From Eledone cirrhosa (taxonomy: Eukaryota), in the NCBI GenBank assembly GCA_964016885.1, contig OZ024751.1, positions 53,320,001-53,384,000 of the forward strand: a stretch of 64,000 bases of DNA. Direction: 5' to 3'. The notes under the pieces are model-generated. The model worked only from the letters and a program-made list of their open reading frames with translations. It did no database searches and was not told the origin of the DNA. The number at the start of each line of letters is the position of its first letter. The first letter of the stretch is position 1. Positions 13,611 to 25,872 of the stretch are shown here, in pieces. A program made the translations under genes and the position numbers.

Positions 13611-14800
13611 ACCATCATCCAGGGAAATCATTGAGCTGAGTCGATAGCTTATGTTCTGAGTTCAAATATTGATTTTCTTCCATGGTTAATAAAATGGTTC
13701 CTAATTTAGGCTCAAAACCGGCAATTTGGTGGCGGTGGGGAGGGGTTTGATTAAATTAACCCCAGAATTTGACTGGGAGGAGAATGAAAGACAAAGTTGA
13801 CATCAGTGAGATTTGAACTCTGGATATGAAGTGTCGTGGTTATTAAAGTAGTAACAGTTGTCGATGTTGCTATTGTTGTTGTTGTTTAGTCCATGGTCAA
13901 CTCTGACTGAGTAAACCTAGGATCAAAGATATTCCGACTGTGACCATTTCATATAATTGTAAAATATGTTTGTTTCTATTTTGGGCAGCAATTATCCCAG
14001 TGCATTACTGATACTTTATTTTATGTACCCCGTAAGGATGGAAAGCAAAGTTAACCTCGGCAGGATTTGAACTCAGACCACAAAGGGATGTAACTCTATG
14101 CTGCAAAGCATGGCGGCCGACCCTCTACTGATACTGTCAATCCACAAAATATAATGTATCTATGACCGCATTGTTGTATGTATCCTTTTCTTTTTTAGGG
14201 AGATACACAACAACAGCACCAACAACAATACAAATGATGAGCTAAATGATATACAATTAAATTAGATATCTGTTTCTGTCTCTGTTTCACCTCAGTCAGG
14301 ACAAAACACATCATTCTATTAAAAGACAAAGACAAAACTATCCTAGCAATGGCCGACAAATTACATTTTTTTTCTATTTCTGGACCATAAAACACCTAAA
14401 TGATACTAACTAAACCAAAAGTTATTGATCGATCGTTATTTGTTATTGAATCTGTTATCGATTAAATAACAATAGATCTTTTGATAAAATACCAAATCAC
14501 TATTCCACGTAAACCAAATTGATTGATTAGTCTGTTATTTGTTATTGAGATTTATCAATAAAGAGCAATTGATCTTTTCATAAACGTGATTAGTAAAGAT
14601 TTTCTTTACACTAACAGCAAGATTGTGGCAACTGTTTCTACCCGAATGGATAACTGGTATTCAGGCATGTTTTTGTTTTTGTTGTTGTTACTGTTTTGCC
14701 AAAGAAGGAAGGGTAACACACAAGATTCCTTATTTTTTCAAGGTATCCCCCTCGCCACACCTAAATTGGTTGGAAGGAAAGGAGGAATTATTACTCCACA

Positions 14801-14856
14801 AATGTCACTGAAGAAATCATTCGGTGATGAAACAGAACTAGTTCTGTAAACAACAT
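14801..14856 (+). ncRNA. Hammerhead-ribozyme-like motif (Penelope/retrozyme type), stem I degenerate
   Basis: CTGAAGA-A-ATCA(TTCGG)TGAT-GAAA; stem III is the perfect palindrome ACAGAACTAGTTCTGT; GTA triplet; adjacent to (TA)n. Confidence 0.55.
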
Positions 14857-14861
14857 ATCTA

Positions 14862-15007
<146 letters not shown>

Positions 15008-15147
15008 ACGAAGGAAGTGTGGTAAGGAACCAGGTGGACCATAACGCACCAGAGTACTCGATACTTAGGGCAGTAGAGTGGGTAATAGAGTGGAATCTAG
15101 CTGTCGAAACGGCCGGAGCTCAGCCGTCGGGTTCCTGACTCTTTTCC

Positions 15148-15180
<33 letters not shown>

Positions 15181-15306
15181 ATATGTATGTATGCATGTAT
15201 ATATTTTTATAAGAAAGCATGTATGTTTGTATATATATATATGTATATGTGTGTGTGTGTGTACACAATTTAATATAGAAATAGCTTCTACAGGACTCAC
15301 ACACAC

Positions 15307-15359
<53 letters not shown>

Positions 15360-15743
15360 ACTTAACGAATCATGCTCAACATCGATAATTCATGTTTTAT
15401 AACATAGTAGAGTGTCTACAGCTATAAAATATTCCTCGTCCATTAAAAATAACTAAAGTAAAACCTATAAAGTAAAGACAGTGTTGTATCAGTTTATAGC
15501 ATTTCCAATGTTCCAACTATTACATACTTCAGTTTACTGTCGTTGTCTTTTTGATCTGACTTCAATTTTCCACGTGAACCAGTGCAGCTTTCTTCAGCCG
15601 ACTAAACTGTTATATATATTGTAATGTTTCTTCAAATCCTTTTCTCATACGACCCATTTCATGGTTTTATTAACAAAACAAGACGTGCATCTCACTATGA
15701 TCAAGTAAAATTTGTATAGAGCGTAATATATAGAATAGTGTAA

Positions 15744-16974
15744 TCTATATATATAAAACTGAGGTTGTCTGTCTGTCTATCGATTTTTGGCACACATCTC
15801 CTCTTAGAATCTCTCACGGAATTGCACCGAAATTGCTATACTTGTACATTGAGCCCTAGCGAAGACATCGGAAAAAAAATATTTCAAATTGACCCGCCCT
15901 ATCTGACGAAATCGAATATAATGTATCGATTTTTGAGCGTAAGTGATGAGTTATTTCCCTTTGTTCTGTTTACATTCAGCGTAGCGTCTTACGTTCTCTT
16001 TACATTTTCTGCGTGCAAAAATTAAAAAAATGATTTCCCTTTGTTCTGTTTACATTCAGCGTAGCGTCTTACGTTCTGTTTACATTTTCTGCGTGCAAAA
16101 ATTAAAAAAATTACGCTGGCAAAAATTAAAAAAATTACGCTGGCTTTCTCAGCGTTTAAAATGACATTAACACAATACACGAACAGTTGTCGAGCCAGCA
16201 AAATTTTGACCTGCAAAATTCATCAGTTCGAACACTAAGCTTCCGTTTTGCTTCATTTCCATTTAAAAGCCTTTTAAAACAATATTTTTACTTGAAAACA
16301 AGTCTATTTAAAGACTACGTAAAACAAGCAAATATTTCGTAAAAAAAAGCAAAAATTATATAAGTTTATTTAAAATATATGTATCTGTAAATTTCGTTAG
16401 GCGTGCAGACAGACAGTCGTGCAGACAGACAGTCGTGCAGACAGACAGTCGTGCAGAGAGGTGATATAGGCGTGCAGACAGTCAGTCGTGCAGAGAGGTG
16501 ATATAGGCGTGCAGACAGACAGTCGTGCAGAGAGGTGATATAGGCGTGCAGACAGACAGTCGTGCAGAGAGTTGATATAGGCGTGCAGACAGACAGTCGT
16601 GCAGAGAGGTGATATAGGCGTGCAGACAGACAGTCGTGCAGAGAGGTGATATAGGCGTGCAGACAGACATAACTGATAATTTGGTTACGCTAATGTTTTT
16701 CTCTGCGTTGCAGTGTTTACATTTTCGATCTTTGTTAATAAATAACCAGTGCAGTTTTTATCCCCAGCATCCTCTTTTGTTATAACATTCGGGTTATCGT
16801 TATGTTTTCTTAACTTCATAAGGCATATTGTTGGTTGAGGGAATATTAATCAAAAACACCACATGCAAGTCTGCACAGTAGACACTACAATTTTTAAGCC
16901 AAAAAAGAAACTTAACATTGTAACTTTAACACAGCTACTGAGCGACCCCGAGCAACGCCGGGCTTTACTGCTAG
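15744..16974 (+). mobile_element. Non-autonomous Helitron
   Basis: A|TCTATATATATAAAACTGAGGTTGTCTGTCTG 5' end; 3' GC hairpin CCCG-AGCAACGC-CGGG then CTAG|T; inserted between A and T with no TSD. Confidence 0.85.
16399..16669. repeat. ~37-bp minisatellite inside the Helitron
   Basis: AGGCGTGCAGACAGACAGTCGTGCAGAGAGGTGATAT repeated about 6-7 times, with internal 16-bp subunits. Confidence 0.9.
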
Positions 16975-17348
16975 TATAGTATATAGCATAATATATATAG
17001 TATAATGCAATATAGTATATAGTATATAGTATATCGTATCGCACAGTATACAGTATAGTATATATGCTCCATTCTAAAGCCCCACATCCCACCAAAATAA
17101 CTACATACATACATACATTCATATATATATATATATATATGATAAAAGTGGTAGAATGATACACTGTCATACACCAACGAAACAAACTATGAAATATTGC
17201 GATGTTGACTACAGAATATAGAATATTTTCTGTAGTAGAGAAGGATATAAAAGTAAAATCAATCAGGAATGAAGTAGTAGGACTGAAGAAAATAGAACAG
17301 TATGCTGTCTATAACTATCAACATCCTACACACACATATATATATTTA

Positions 17349-17403
<55 letters not shown>

Positions 17404-17539
17404 TTCTTGTAACGCTAAACTCCGCCATTTGCCGACTGCGCATCAACATGTGATATCTCTCTCCACAAAGTTCGATCACCAGCAGCAAAGTTCAAAGAGC
17501 AAATAACAAGTCCAGTACACACACACACACAGACATACA

Positions 17540-17573
<34 letters not shown>

Positions 17574-17575
17574 TG

Positions 17576-17626
17576 AGATTCTACAGGACTAGAACTGTTT
17601 CATTCATTAGAAATCATCAGGAATCT
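17576..17626 (-). ncRNA. Type I minimal hammerhead ribozyme motif (Penelope-type)
   Basis: Minus strand: AGATTC-CTGATGA-T TTC(TAAT)GAA T-GAAA-CAG(TTCTAGTC)CTG-TA-GAATCT. Stem I is 6 bp, the core is intact and the cleavage triplet is GUA; the base of stem II is a U.U mismatch. Confidence 0.7.
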
Positions 17627-17670
17627 GTACCTTACTTACTGTGGTTACCTCCGATTCAACCCGGAATAAC

Positions 17671-17708
<38 letters not shown>

Positions 17709-17709
17709 C

Positions 17710-18168
17710 CATGCTGTCCGAATATCGAACTCCTTCTCTCTTGGTCAATCTCGGCTTCTCTTCACCCTAGTCATTCCCTCCCCCACAATGACAGCCTGCA
17801 GGCTCTGTACGCCCCAAACACCATCCTAGTACTCTAAAACTTCTCCGCCTTGCTGAGTTCTTTCTTACACTAAACTGAATTTCCTTTTCTGGAGAGTTTT
17901 ACCAGCAGATCACTGGAGAAACCACGTGAACCAGAATAGGCCCCAAATATGGCAACTTTTTCTTTGGCTACGTTAAGGCCCAAATCTCTTTCCAATACAC
18001 TGGACCCCACCACAAAGTTATGCAGTCGTTATATCGATCACTGTATCGGCACCATCCTTTCCCTCTTGAACAGTTTGACTCATTTCTTCCCTTCGTTCAA
18101 TCCTTTCATCCCGCTCTTACATTCAACGCTTCAGCCTCCAGCTTTTCCGTCCAATTTCTCGATATATC
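17710..18168 (+). pseudogene. Decayed Penelope-like reverse transcriptase fragment, interrupted by the LTR element
   Basis: Across frames: LLRLAEFFLTLN*.SFSGEFYQQITG...GPKYGNFF.GY...RYIDHCIG...FHPAL.F...FLDIS. These match PLE RT motifs (G.AMG..GP.YAN, RYIDD, FLD). Confidence 0.75.
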
Positions 18169-20850
18169 TTTAGCAGTATTAGTTATAGATGTTATCGCCA
18201 CTTTAACAGGGTAGATGATTGAAGGTCGTTAGTTGCCAGTGTGGTAAGTGATAGTATCCTCGTTGGATGATCTTGTTGACATAGACGTGAGGGAAGGTCC
18301 CTCGATCTATTTACCATCTATTTACAATATTCCTTTCGTCAGGTCGCCAATTCCAGCAGCATGGATTAAAGTTGTCATTGAGACACGAGTAACATAATAA
18401 CGACTTCAACCGCAGTAATTAGAGATGAAATGTTTGTTTATTTATATGGTTGAAGTTACAGATAAAAAGAGGTTACAAAAGCGAATGTGCCATTGCGCAG
18501 TTAAGCCGGCGAGGCTAGGGGTGCAATATCTCACTGCTACATTATGCGTGTTGCTGGCTCGAAGTTTCTGGTACAAGCTCAAGATTCTTCAAATCTTCGC
18601 GGGGAATTTCTTCCTCAGGGCGCGTAGGGATACATCCTCTTCTACTGGCGCTGATTGGCTGAACTGAGCCAAATCACGCACAGAGAATGTATGTGAGCCC
18701 GCGGAATGTAGGTCACTACATCACCTCCAACCAGATTTTCAGCCGAAAATCGATAACGAAGAAACCAAGGACCCACATATTATTGAATCAGCAAGAACAA
18801 ATGCTGAAAGAGCACATCAGCGAAAAAATAATTGAGCAGAAGGTTGCATGCAAGAACAAAAAATGAGGCGCTAAGGGCCGTGTTGAGCCGCTGTGTCAAA
18901 TGACCAGGTGTTTTGTTGTTTATACGTGACCGCCAAAGGTCTAACAAAAAAACGGATAAAGTCTGACATGGGCGAAGTTGCTGTTCTTGCATTAAATGTT
19001 AATGGTAAGCGTTCTACCAGTAGCTGTGAACGAAGCTATTATGGTAGTTTACCAGTGCTGGCGAGAAAATGATGGCCCCAGATGTATTGTCGAATGTGCT
19101 GTGGAGCCAGGAAAAAATGGCTGGTTGCTTTGTAAAGAACAAAAGGCAAGTTTAATCTGTAGGTGGGTTGCAGTGTAAATTCCATAATTCGGGCGAATCC
19201 ACAGAAGTGGCCGAAATGCTAACAAGTCCAGTTCAATTTGTTGCTTTCCCAGCGAGTCGGGCAAAAACAACAAGACGGATGGCCGTCATGGACGATCAGT
19301 GTGCAACGAGATGCGAAGCTGTTTGAGTTCAGCTGCAATTAGTATTCTCGTGTTGCGGTGCCTGTTTGAATCCAGCGGATTAAGCTCTGTGAGCTGCCAG
19401 CATCTCAACCAGGTGAAAAGGGACTCGCAGAATATTACGTTTGAAGAACATATACCAAGAACAACATGTTGGTGTGTGATAAAAAAAATGTGTGCATATG
19501 CAGGCATGTAAAACAGCAAAGAATGTGAATGAACAAAAACCATGAGCAAGCAAATAGCAAAAGAGCACAAAACAAGTAAATGCATTCTACAAAGAAATAT
19601 GTGAATGTAACAAACTGATAATTCAAAGTCAATCTAGGGGAGCAGAGAAATTGCTCAATAAGTTCAAAGTTTTTCAAAGTCAAATAGTTCACACATCACC
19701 AGTGTACAGACACTAGTTCTATCTGAAAACTGAAAAAGAAGTTTGCTAATGCCGTTAGGGGTTAGATGTATGGTGTTTTTGTGAGATTTCGTGGCCATCT
19801 TACCGTCCCGCCACACGGTAGTGTTGCTTATTGTTAAAGTAATGTCAAAGAATCTTCTGTAGAGTAGGAGTCACCAAATATGGCAGTCACGTCTGACGCC
19901 ATAATGGTGAGAAAACTACTGTCTCAATTTCTCGCGTCCCTGTGGTAACGAGACAGAAGGTATGATGGTTACGTCGGTAAAGTTACAAGCCGTTTTGAAA
20001 TTTCCGATGTGTGGTGGTTGGCGTCGGTAAGGTTATGAAGCTGCCACTCACTGTTCCCTGTATTCCCAGTGGTTAAACAACGCTGTCGCTGCTGCTGTCA
20101 TTGTTGTTGTCAAGCGTAGCCATGACATGTCGGTAGCCATCTTTAAATTTTTTTCGTGGCGAAAAAATTTTTGAAATACTGCTAATTTTTCAAAAATCTT
20201 AAAAGGAATATTCTGGATTTTCGCAAGTTGCGACGTGGCAATAAAAGTTAAACTGAATGAATAAGAAGGGCTGCGTGATATTCTTACGTCGGTCACCACT
20301 TTAACAGTTTAGTTATAGATGTTATCGCCACTTTAACAGGGTAGATGATTGAAGGTCGTTAGTTGCCAGTGTGGTAAGTGATAGTATCCTCGTTGGATTA
20401 TCTTGTTGACATAGACGTGAGGGAAGGTCCCTCGATTTATTTACCATCTATTTACAATATTCCTTTCGTCAGGTCGCCAATTCCAGCAGCATGGATTAAA
20501 GTTGTCATTGAGACACGAGTAACATAATAACGACTTCAACCGCAGTATTTAGAGATGAAATGTTTGTTTATTTATATGGTTGAAGTTACAGATAAAAAGA
20601 GGTTACAAAAGCGAATGTGCCATTGCGCAGTTAAGCCGGCGAGGCTAGGGGTGCAATATCTCACTGCAACATTATGCGTGTTGCTGGCTCGAAGTTTCTG
20701 GTACAAGCTCAAGATTCTTCAAATCTTCGCGGGGAATTTCTTCCTCAGGGCGCGTAGGGATACATCCTCTTCTACTGGCGCTGATTGGCTGAACTGAGCC
20801 AAATCACGCACAGAGAATGTATGTGAGCCCGCGGAATGCAGGTCACTACA
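18169..20850 (-). mobile_element. Non-autonomous Gypsy-like LTR retrotransposon (~2.7 kb) with near-identical LTRs
   Basis: LTRs at 18169-18720 and 20300-20850 (~550 bp, few differences). Minus-strand termini are TGTAG...TAAA. PBS TGGTGACCGACGT (tRNA-Trp-like) lies 1 nt after the 5' LTR; a purine-rich GGAGGTGA precedes the 3' LTR; TSD TATC. No intact ORF. Confidence 0.85.
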
Positions 20851-21239
20851 TATCTTTCCATCTATCACCCTCACCGCACACTCAACCTCCATCTTTAATT
20901 CAGCTCAAAATTTACGTCTACACCAACAGAAAATGCTCGATGCTATCTATTCGGGATGTAATACAATTTATATATACAGTTGATTGCTATAAATGTACGG
21001 TTTGTTTCGCTTTCAGCTCGAAATCTCTATGGCATGTTGCCACAAAGAGCTGTTTCGAATAACACTTTATATATATATATATTTATGCACGCACATACAC
21101 ATATATGTATATATGGTATGGCGCCGTTGTAGTAACTGGCCTTAATAATTATATTCAAACTCGCCCTACGGACTTGAATAGCTTTATACCTTGGATATTG
21201 GATATTTTTACCTACTTATTATATATATATTATTACCTA

Positions 21240-21330
<91 letters not shown>

Positions 21331-21620
21331 GTATACATATATATATATAAATATTTATATATATACACACAGGTACACACACACACGCATAGATACGTAT
21401 ATATATAGATATACAAGATGTGTATGTATGCATGTATATATGTATGTTTACACCTAGCTATTTGATAAAGATCAATAAACTGAAGTCGATATGATCGAAT
21501 AAAACGGTAGAAGATAATACCTAAGAATTGCCACAATCCAATTACTGAAGCTGTGAAAGAATAAAAGAATATTTTAACATGTATAAAAATGAAGGAAGAG
21601 AGCTATTGAAAACATTTCCC

Positions 21621-21698
21621 ATAAGCTAGAATATATTAAACAAAGTATCCCAGAAGAGCATCGGGGCATGGAGGTGCCTTTTGTGTCTAACTGAGGAG
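21621..21698 (+). pseudogene. Relic of a Penelope-like GIY-YIG C-terminus
   Basis: IS*NILNKVSQKSIGAWRCLLCLTEE aligns with LTWKLLSRANSYTGGRRPCNLCSEE of the 5574-6039 element. Confidence 0.5.
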
Positions 21699-22219
21699 TT
21701 CCATAATTTCATACACCCATCTAGGGAATAGAAAATTCAATATTTTATCCTCTTCTCGTTGTTGTTACTTTGAGATGATGGTGAATGATTTTACACTATT
21801 TCTAGAACATCAAGCCAATCCTGTCGAGGTCAAAATTACCTTGTATCTATTCTGGATGGATAAAATAAAGTGCCTGTCCGATTTAATATATATTCCTATA
21901 AATGCGCTTGACGTGAATGTAATTCTAATGAATTCTTTATAGATACAATGCCAGTGCTTTGGTGAGGGTGGAATAAACAGTTGATTATATAGATTATATC
22001 GATTATATCGACCCTGTATTTGATTGGTACCTCCCGAAGAATAAGAGGTAAAGTTAATTTCGACGGTATTTCAGCTCATAACAAAAATGTGTAACTAAGC
22101 ATTCTGTCCGATGTTGTCACTATTCTATCAATCAACCATTCTCTTGTGAATGAATGTGTCCCAAAAGTCACTAGACAATATTATATAAATATATATATAA
22201 AATTGTCTTGTGACTTTTT

Positions 22220-22462
22220 GGATATTAAATGAGCCGATACTGACCGAAACCTACCAAAGTTAGGATATTAAATGGGGCAATACTACTGAAACCTATCAAA
22301 GATAGAATATTAATTGGGCTAGTACCTACCGAAGCCTATCAAATTTAGGATATTAAATGACCCAATAGTGACCGAAACCTATCAAAGTTAGGATATTAAA
22401 TGGGGCAGAACTGACCGAAACCTACCAAAGTTAGGATATTAAATGACCTAATACTGACCGAA
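22220..22462. repeat. ~43-bp degenerate tandem repeat, ~5.5 copies
   Basis: GGATATTAAATG...CTGACCGAAACCTA(C/T)CAAAGTTA repeated; preceded by a hairpin at 22161-22221. Confidence 0.85.
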
Positions 22463-23033
22463 TCAAAGTAAATAACGTGATGTAGAGTCTGGGACATTGG
22501 TTTGTCCTTCGCTGGTAGATGAAATATATTCCAAGCAAGTACTAGAAGTTGAACACATTGACAATTGTTTTGTTCCATCTTCCTTCAAAATGTGAGGCAT
22601 TGCGCCAAAGTTAGAAATCACTATTATTATCATTATTATCATTTTGATAATTTTTTTATGTAAAACAGTCTACAGCAAAGAGATAACTAAGCCTAAGATG
22701 AAATAGAGAAGAAATGTTGAGAAGTATAACTTAACTATCGGTTTTCTTTGGTCAGTTAGTTTTAATATCTTGCTTTAACACTCTATATTTAAGACGATAT
22801 CGAAGAAACCATCTAGAAAATCGAGCGTATTTTTTGGCAATTGTCCAAACCCATTTTCGATAACATATGTTAGAAAGTGAATTCATGTGTGTGTGTGTGT
22901 GTGTGTGTGTCTGCATATATATATATATATGTATATGTATGTATATATATATATATGTATATAAATACACACATACATATGTATGTATACAAACACACAT
23001 ATATATGTAGGTATGTATATATATCTATATATC

Positions 23034-23066
<33 letters not shown>

Positions 23067-23401
23067 ATGTGTATGTATGTATGTGTATATGTATGTATAT
23101 ATATATATATGTGTGTATTTATTTGGGTGTATATATATGTGTGTGTGTGTGTGTATTTAGTATTTATGTATATATATGTACGTATATATATATATATATT
23201 TATGTATGTATATTTATGTATACACATATATATATTTGTGTAAATGTATTCTCACTAGATTTAAAATGTAATTGTTCTGGAAGGTGTTCTATACCTGAGT
23301 GTAGTGTATTTATAAAGAATTTATCATGAAAGTTCGATAAGAAAGTTTTTGATGTTTTTATATAGAAAGGTAAATGATTGGGAAAGCTAGAGAGAGTGGG
23401 G

Positions 23402-23466
<65 letters not shown>

Positions 23467-23799
23467 TGATAGAGAGAGAGAGAGAGAGAGAAACGAGGGA
23501 GTGAGATAGAGAGAGTGGAGTGAAATAGAGAGAGGAGAGAAGAAGTGAGAAAGAGAGAGTAGAGGAGTGAGAAAGAGAGAGAGGTAGTGAAATAGAGAAA
23601 TAAAGGAAGGCGTGAGATAGAGAGAGAGAAAGAGAGAGAAAGATGGTGAAATAGTGAAATAGAGAGCGTAACAAGAGCAGTTATGTTAAATATGAAGATG
23701 GCGGAAGACAACAGTTTTTAATATAAGAGTACTCAATACTTGGGGTAGTAGAGTGGGCAATATGAAAAGATTCAGGCTGAGCTCCGCAACTTCTTTTTT

Positions 23800-23836
<37 letters not shown>

Positions 23837-23997
23837 TATACATATATATATATATATATATATGTAGATAAATCTACCAAGAGTTTACGGTAGTGTCCAA
23901 TCCGTATGAAGAACTCAATGTATTCCGGATATCATGGAAAGAAGAGATGTAATGAAAAATCACTTTCGGTGAAAGATAAACGGTATACAGAGTCAAG

Positions 23998-24386
23998 ATA
24001 AAATATTAAACAAATAATGAATAAACAATTCCTTATATTAAACAAAAAAAGTTCATTATTTAACGATCGTTTCTAGGATATATATGTGTTAGAGTTGGCA
24101 TGCATATTCAACAGATCTATGTACAAAATTATACAAAATTATACAAACTATCAAGATTAAATATACATACCAACACATATATACGCCGTGATTATTTCTG
24201 AAGACGGCGTATATATGTGTTGGTATGTATATTTAATCTTGATAGTTTGTATAATTTTGTATAATTTTGTACATAGATCTGTTGAATATGCATGCCAACT
24301 CTAACACATATATATCCTAGAAACGATCGTTAAATAATGAACTTTTTTTGTTTAATATAAGGAATTGTTTATTCATTATTTGTTTA

Positions 24387-24395
<9 letters not shown>
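23998..24395. repeat. Essentially perfect 191-bp-arm palindrome containing a hammerhead motif (Penelope-type inverted pLTR)
   Basis: Arms 23998-24188 and 24205-24395 with 16-nt spacer TGATTATTTCTGAAGA. Confidence 0.9.
24191..24338 (+). ncRNA. Hammerhead motif with very long stem II and minimal palindromic stem III
   Basis: ATTATTT-CTGAAGA-[~115 nt hairpin]-GAAA-C(GATC)G-TT-AAATAAT. Confidence 0.65.
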
Positions 24396-24429
<34 letters not shown>

Positions 24430-24720
24430 GCATATAGGCAGCCGATTCTCTGACTTTTACGAAGGGCTGAGAGGTTAAAATCAATATGAAAAGTGGTATG
24501 GTCATGCGTGAGATGCTATGAAATAGTTTATAAAATGGGTTAGGGTTTAGGTTAGGGTTAGCCCTAACCCTTGTCGGAATTCAGGAGATACAGGTTCGAT
24601 TCATTGAAGTGATCGATGGCAACATCCTTTTCCGTTTTTAAGGGTCTTCACCTTATTTTATATACTATTTTATAGCATCTCCGCGCATGAGTGCTCCACT
24701 CTTTATATATATATATTAGA

Positions 24721-25108
24721 CAGAGTCTAATGTGGCTACCCCAGTATATCCAGAGTCTAATGTGGCTACCCCAGTATATCCAGAGTCTAATGTGGCTACC
24801 CCAGTATATCCAGAGTCTAATGTGGCTATCCCAGTATATCCAGAGCCTAATGTGGCTACCCCAGTATATCCAGAGTCTAATGTGGCTACCCCAGTATATC
24901 CAGAGTCTAATGTGGCTACCCCAGTATATCCAGAGTCTAATGTGGCTATCCCAGTATATCCAGAGCCTAATGTGGCTACCCCAGTATATCCAGAGTCTAA
25001 TGTGGCTACCCCAGTATATCCAGAGTCTAATGTGGCTACCCCAGTATATCCAGAGTCTAATGTGGCTACCCCAGTATATCCAGAGCCTAATGTGGCTACC
25101 CCAGTATA
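24721..25108. repeat. 30-bp minisatellite x13
   Basis: CAGAGTCTAATGTGGCTACCCCAGTATATC, highly homogeneous. Confidence 0.95.
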
Positions 25109-25413
25109 GACAGATTCTAGTGTCTAAATAAATAAACAAATAAATAAATGGGTAACTACATAAATAGATAATTAAATAGATAAATAGATAGTTAGATTAA
25201 TTAATTAATATGTGGCTTCCTACATGAACAAATAAACGAATGATTAGTTTGTATCTGGATTAATTTATTAATAAACATTGGTGGCTTCGTTGATTAATTT
25301 CAGTTAATTTGAGAGATCCTTGGATAAATTTCAATATCTTTTTATCGCGTTCAGGACACAGTAACATTGATTGGCTTGGAACTCAATAATCTTTTCATTG
25401 TTTACTCAGTCCA

Positions 25414-25872
25414 GGGCGATGGATTGGCAGTATCGGTAGAGGGTCGGACGCCATGCTTTGCAGCATAGAGCTACGGCCCTTTATGATTTGAGTTCAAATC
25501 CCGCCGAAGTTAACTTTGCCTTTCTTCCTTACGGAGTCGATAAAATAAAGCACCAGTAATGTACTGGGGTCGATTTAATTGACTTTCCCCTACTCCCAAA
25601 TTGCTGTCCTTGTGCCTATATAAGAAACCATTATTTACTCAGTCCTTGGGGACGGAGGTGTGGCAGTAAGCGGCAGAGCGTCGGACAACATGCTTTACAA
25701 CAAAGAGTTATGTTCCTTTACTTTTTGAGTTCAAATCCCATCGAGGTTAGCTTTGCCTTTCATCTTTACGGGGTTGATAAAATAAAGTACCAGTGACACA
25801 CTGGGTTCGATTTAATCGATTTTTCCTTCCCCCAAATCGTTGGTCTTGTGCCTCAATCAGAAATCATTATTC
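25414..25872 (+). mobile_element. Two tandem SINE-A copies; the first is flanked by the direct repeat TTTACTCAGTCC
   Basis: SINE-A body occurs twice; the 12-bp repeat at 25401-25412 and 25634-25645 is a candidate TSD. Confidence 0.75.

Noticed and set aside
15092-15147. GAAAC-GGCC-G motif of the TTCC-ended repeat as a hammerhead
   Set aside because: No upstream CUGANGA and no UH after stem III in any copy seen; left as an unclassified repeat.
18425-20797. Identical 80-aa ORFs at 18425 and 20555
   Set aside because: They lie antisense within the two LTRs; identity follows from LTR duplication.
24537-24571. Telomere-telomere fusion scar
   Set aside because: Only ~35 bp, and enclosed in an IR-bounded element; better explained as part of a repeat.
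24721-25108. 30-bp repeat array as a CRISPR array or a repeat protein (ATPVYPESNV / WLPQYIQSLM)
   Set aside because: No unique spacers, no cas genes, eukaryotic context; frames are open only because the unit is a multiple of 3.
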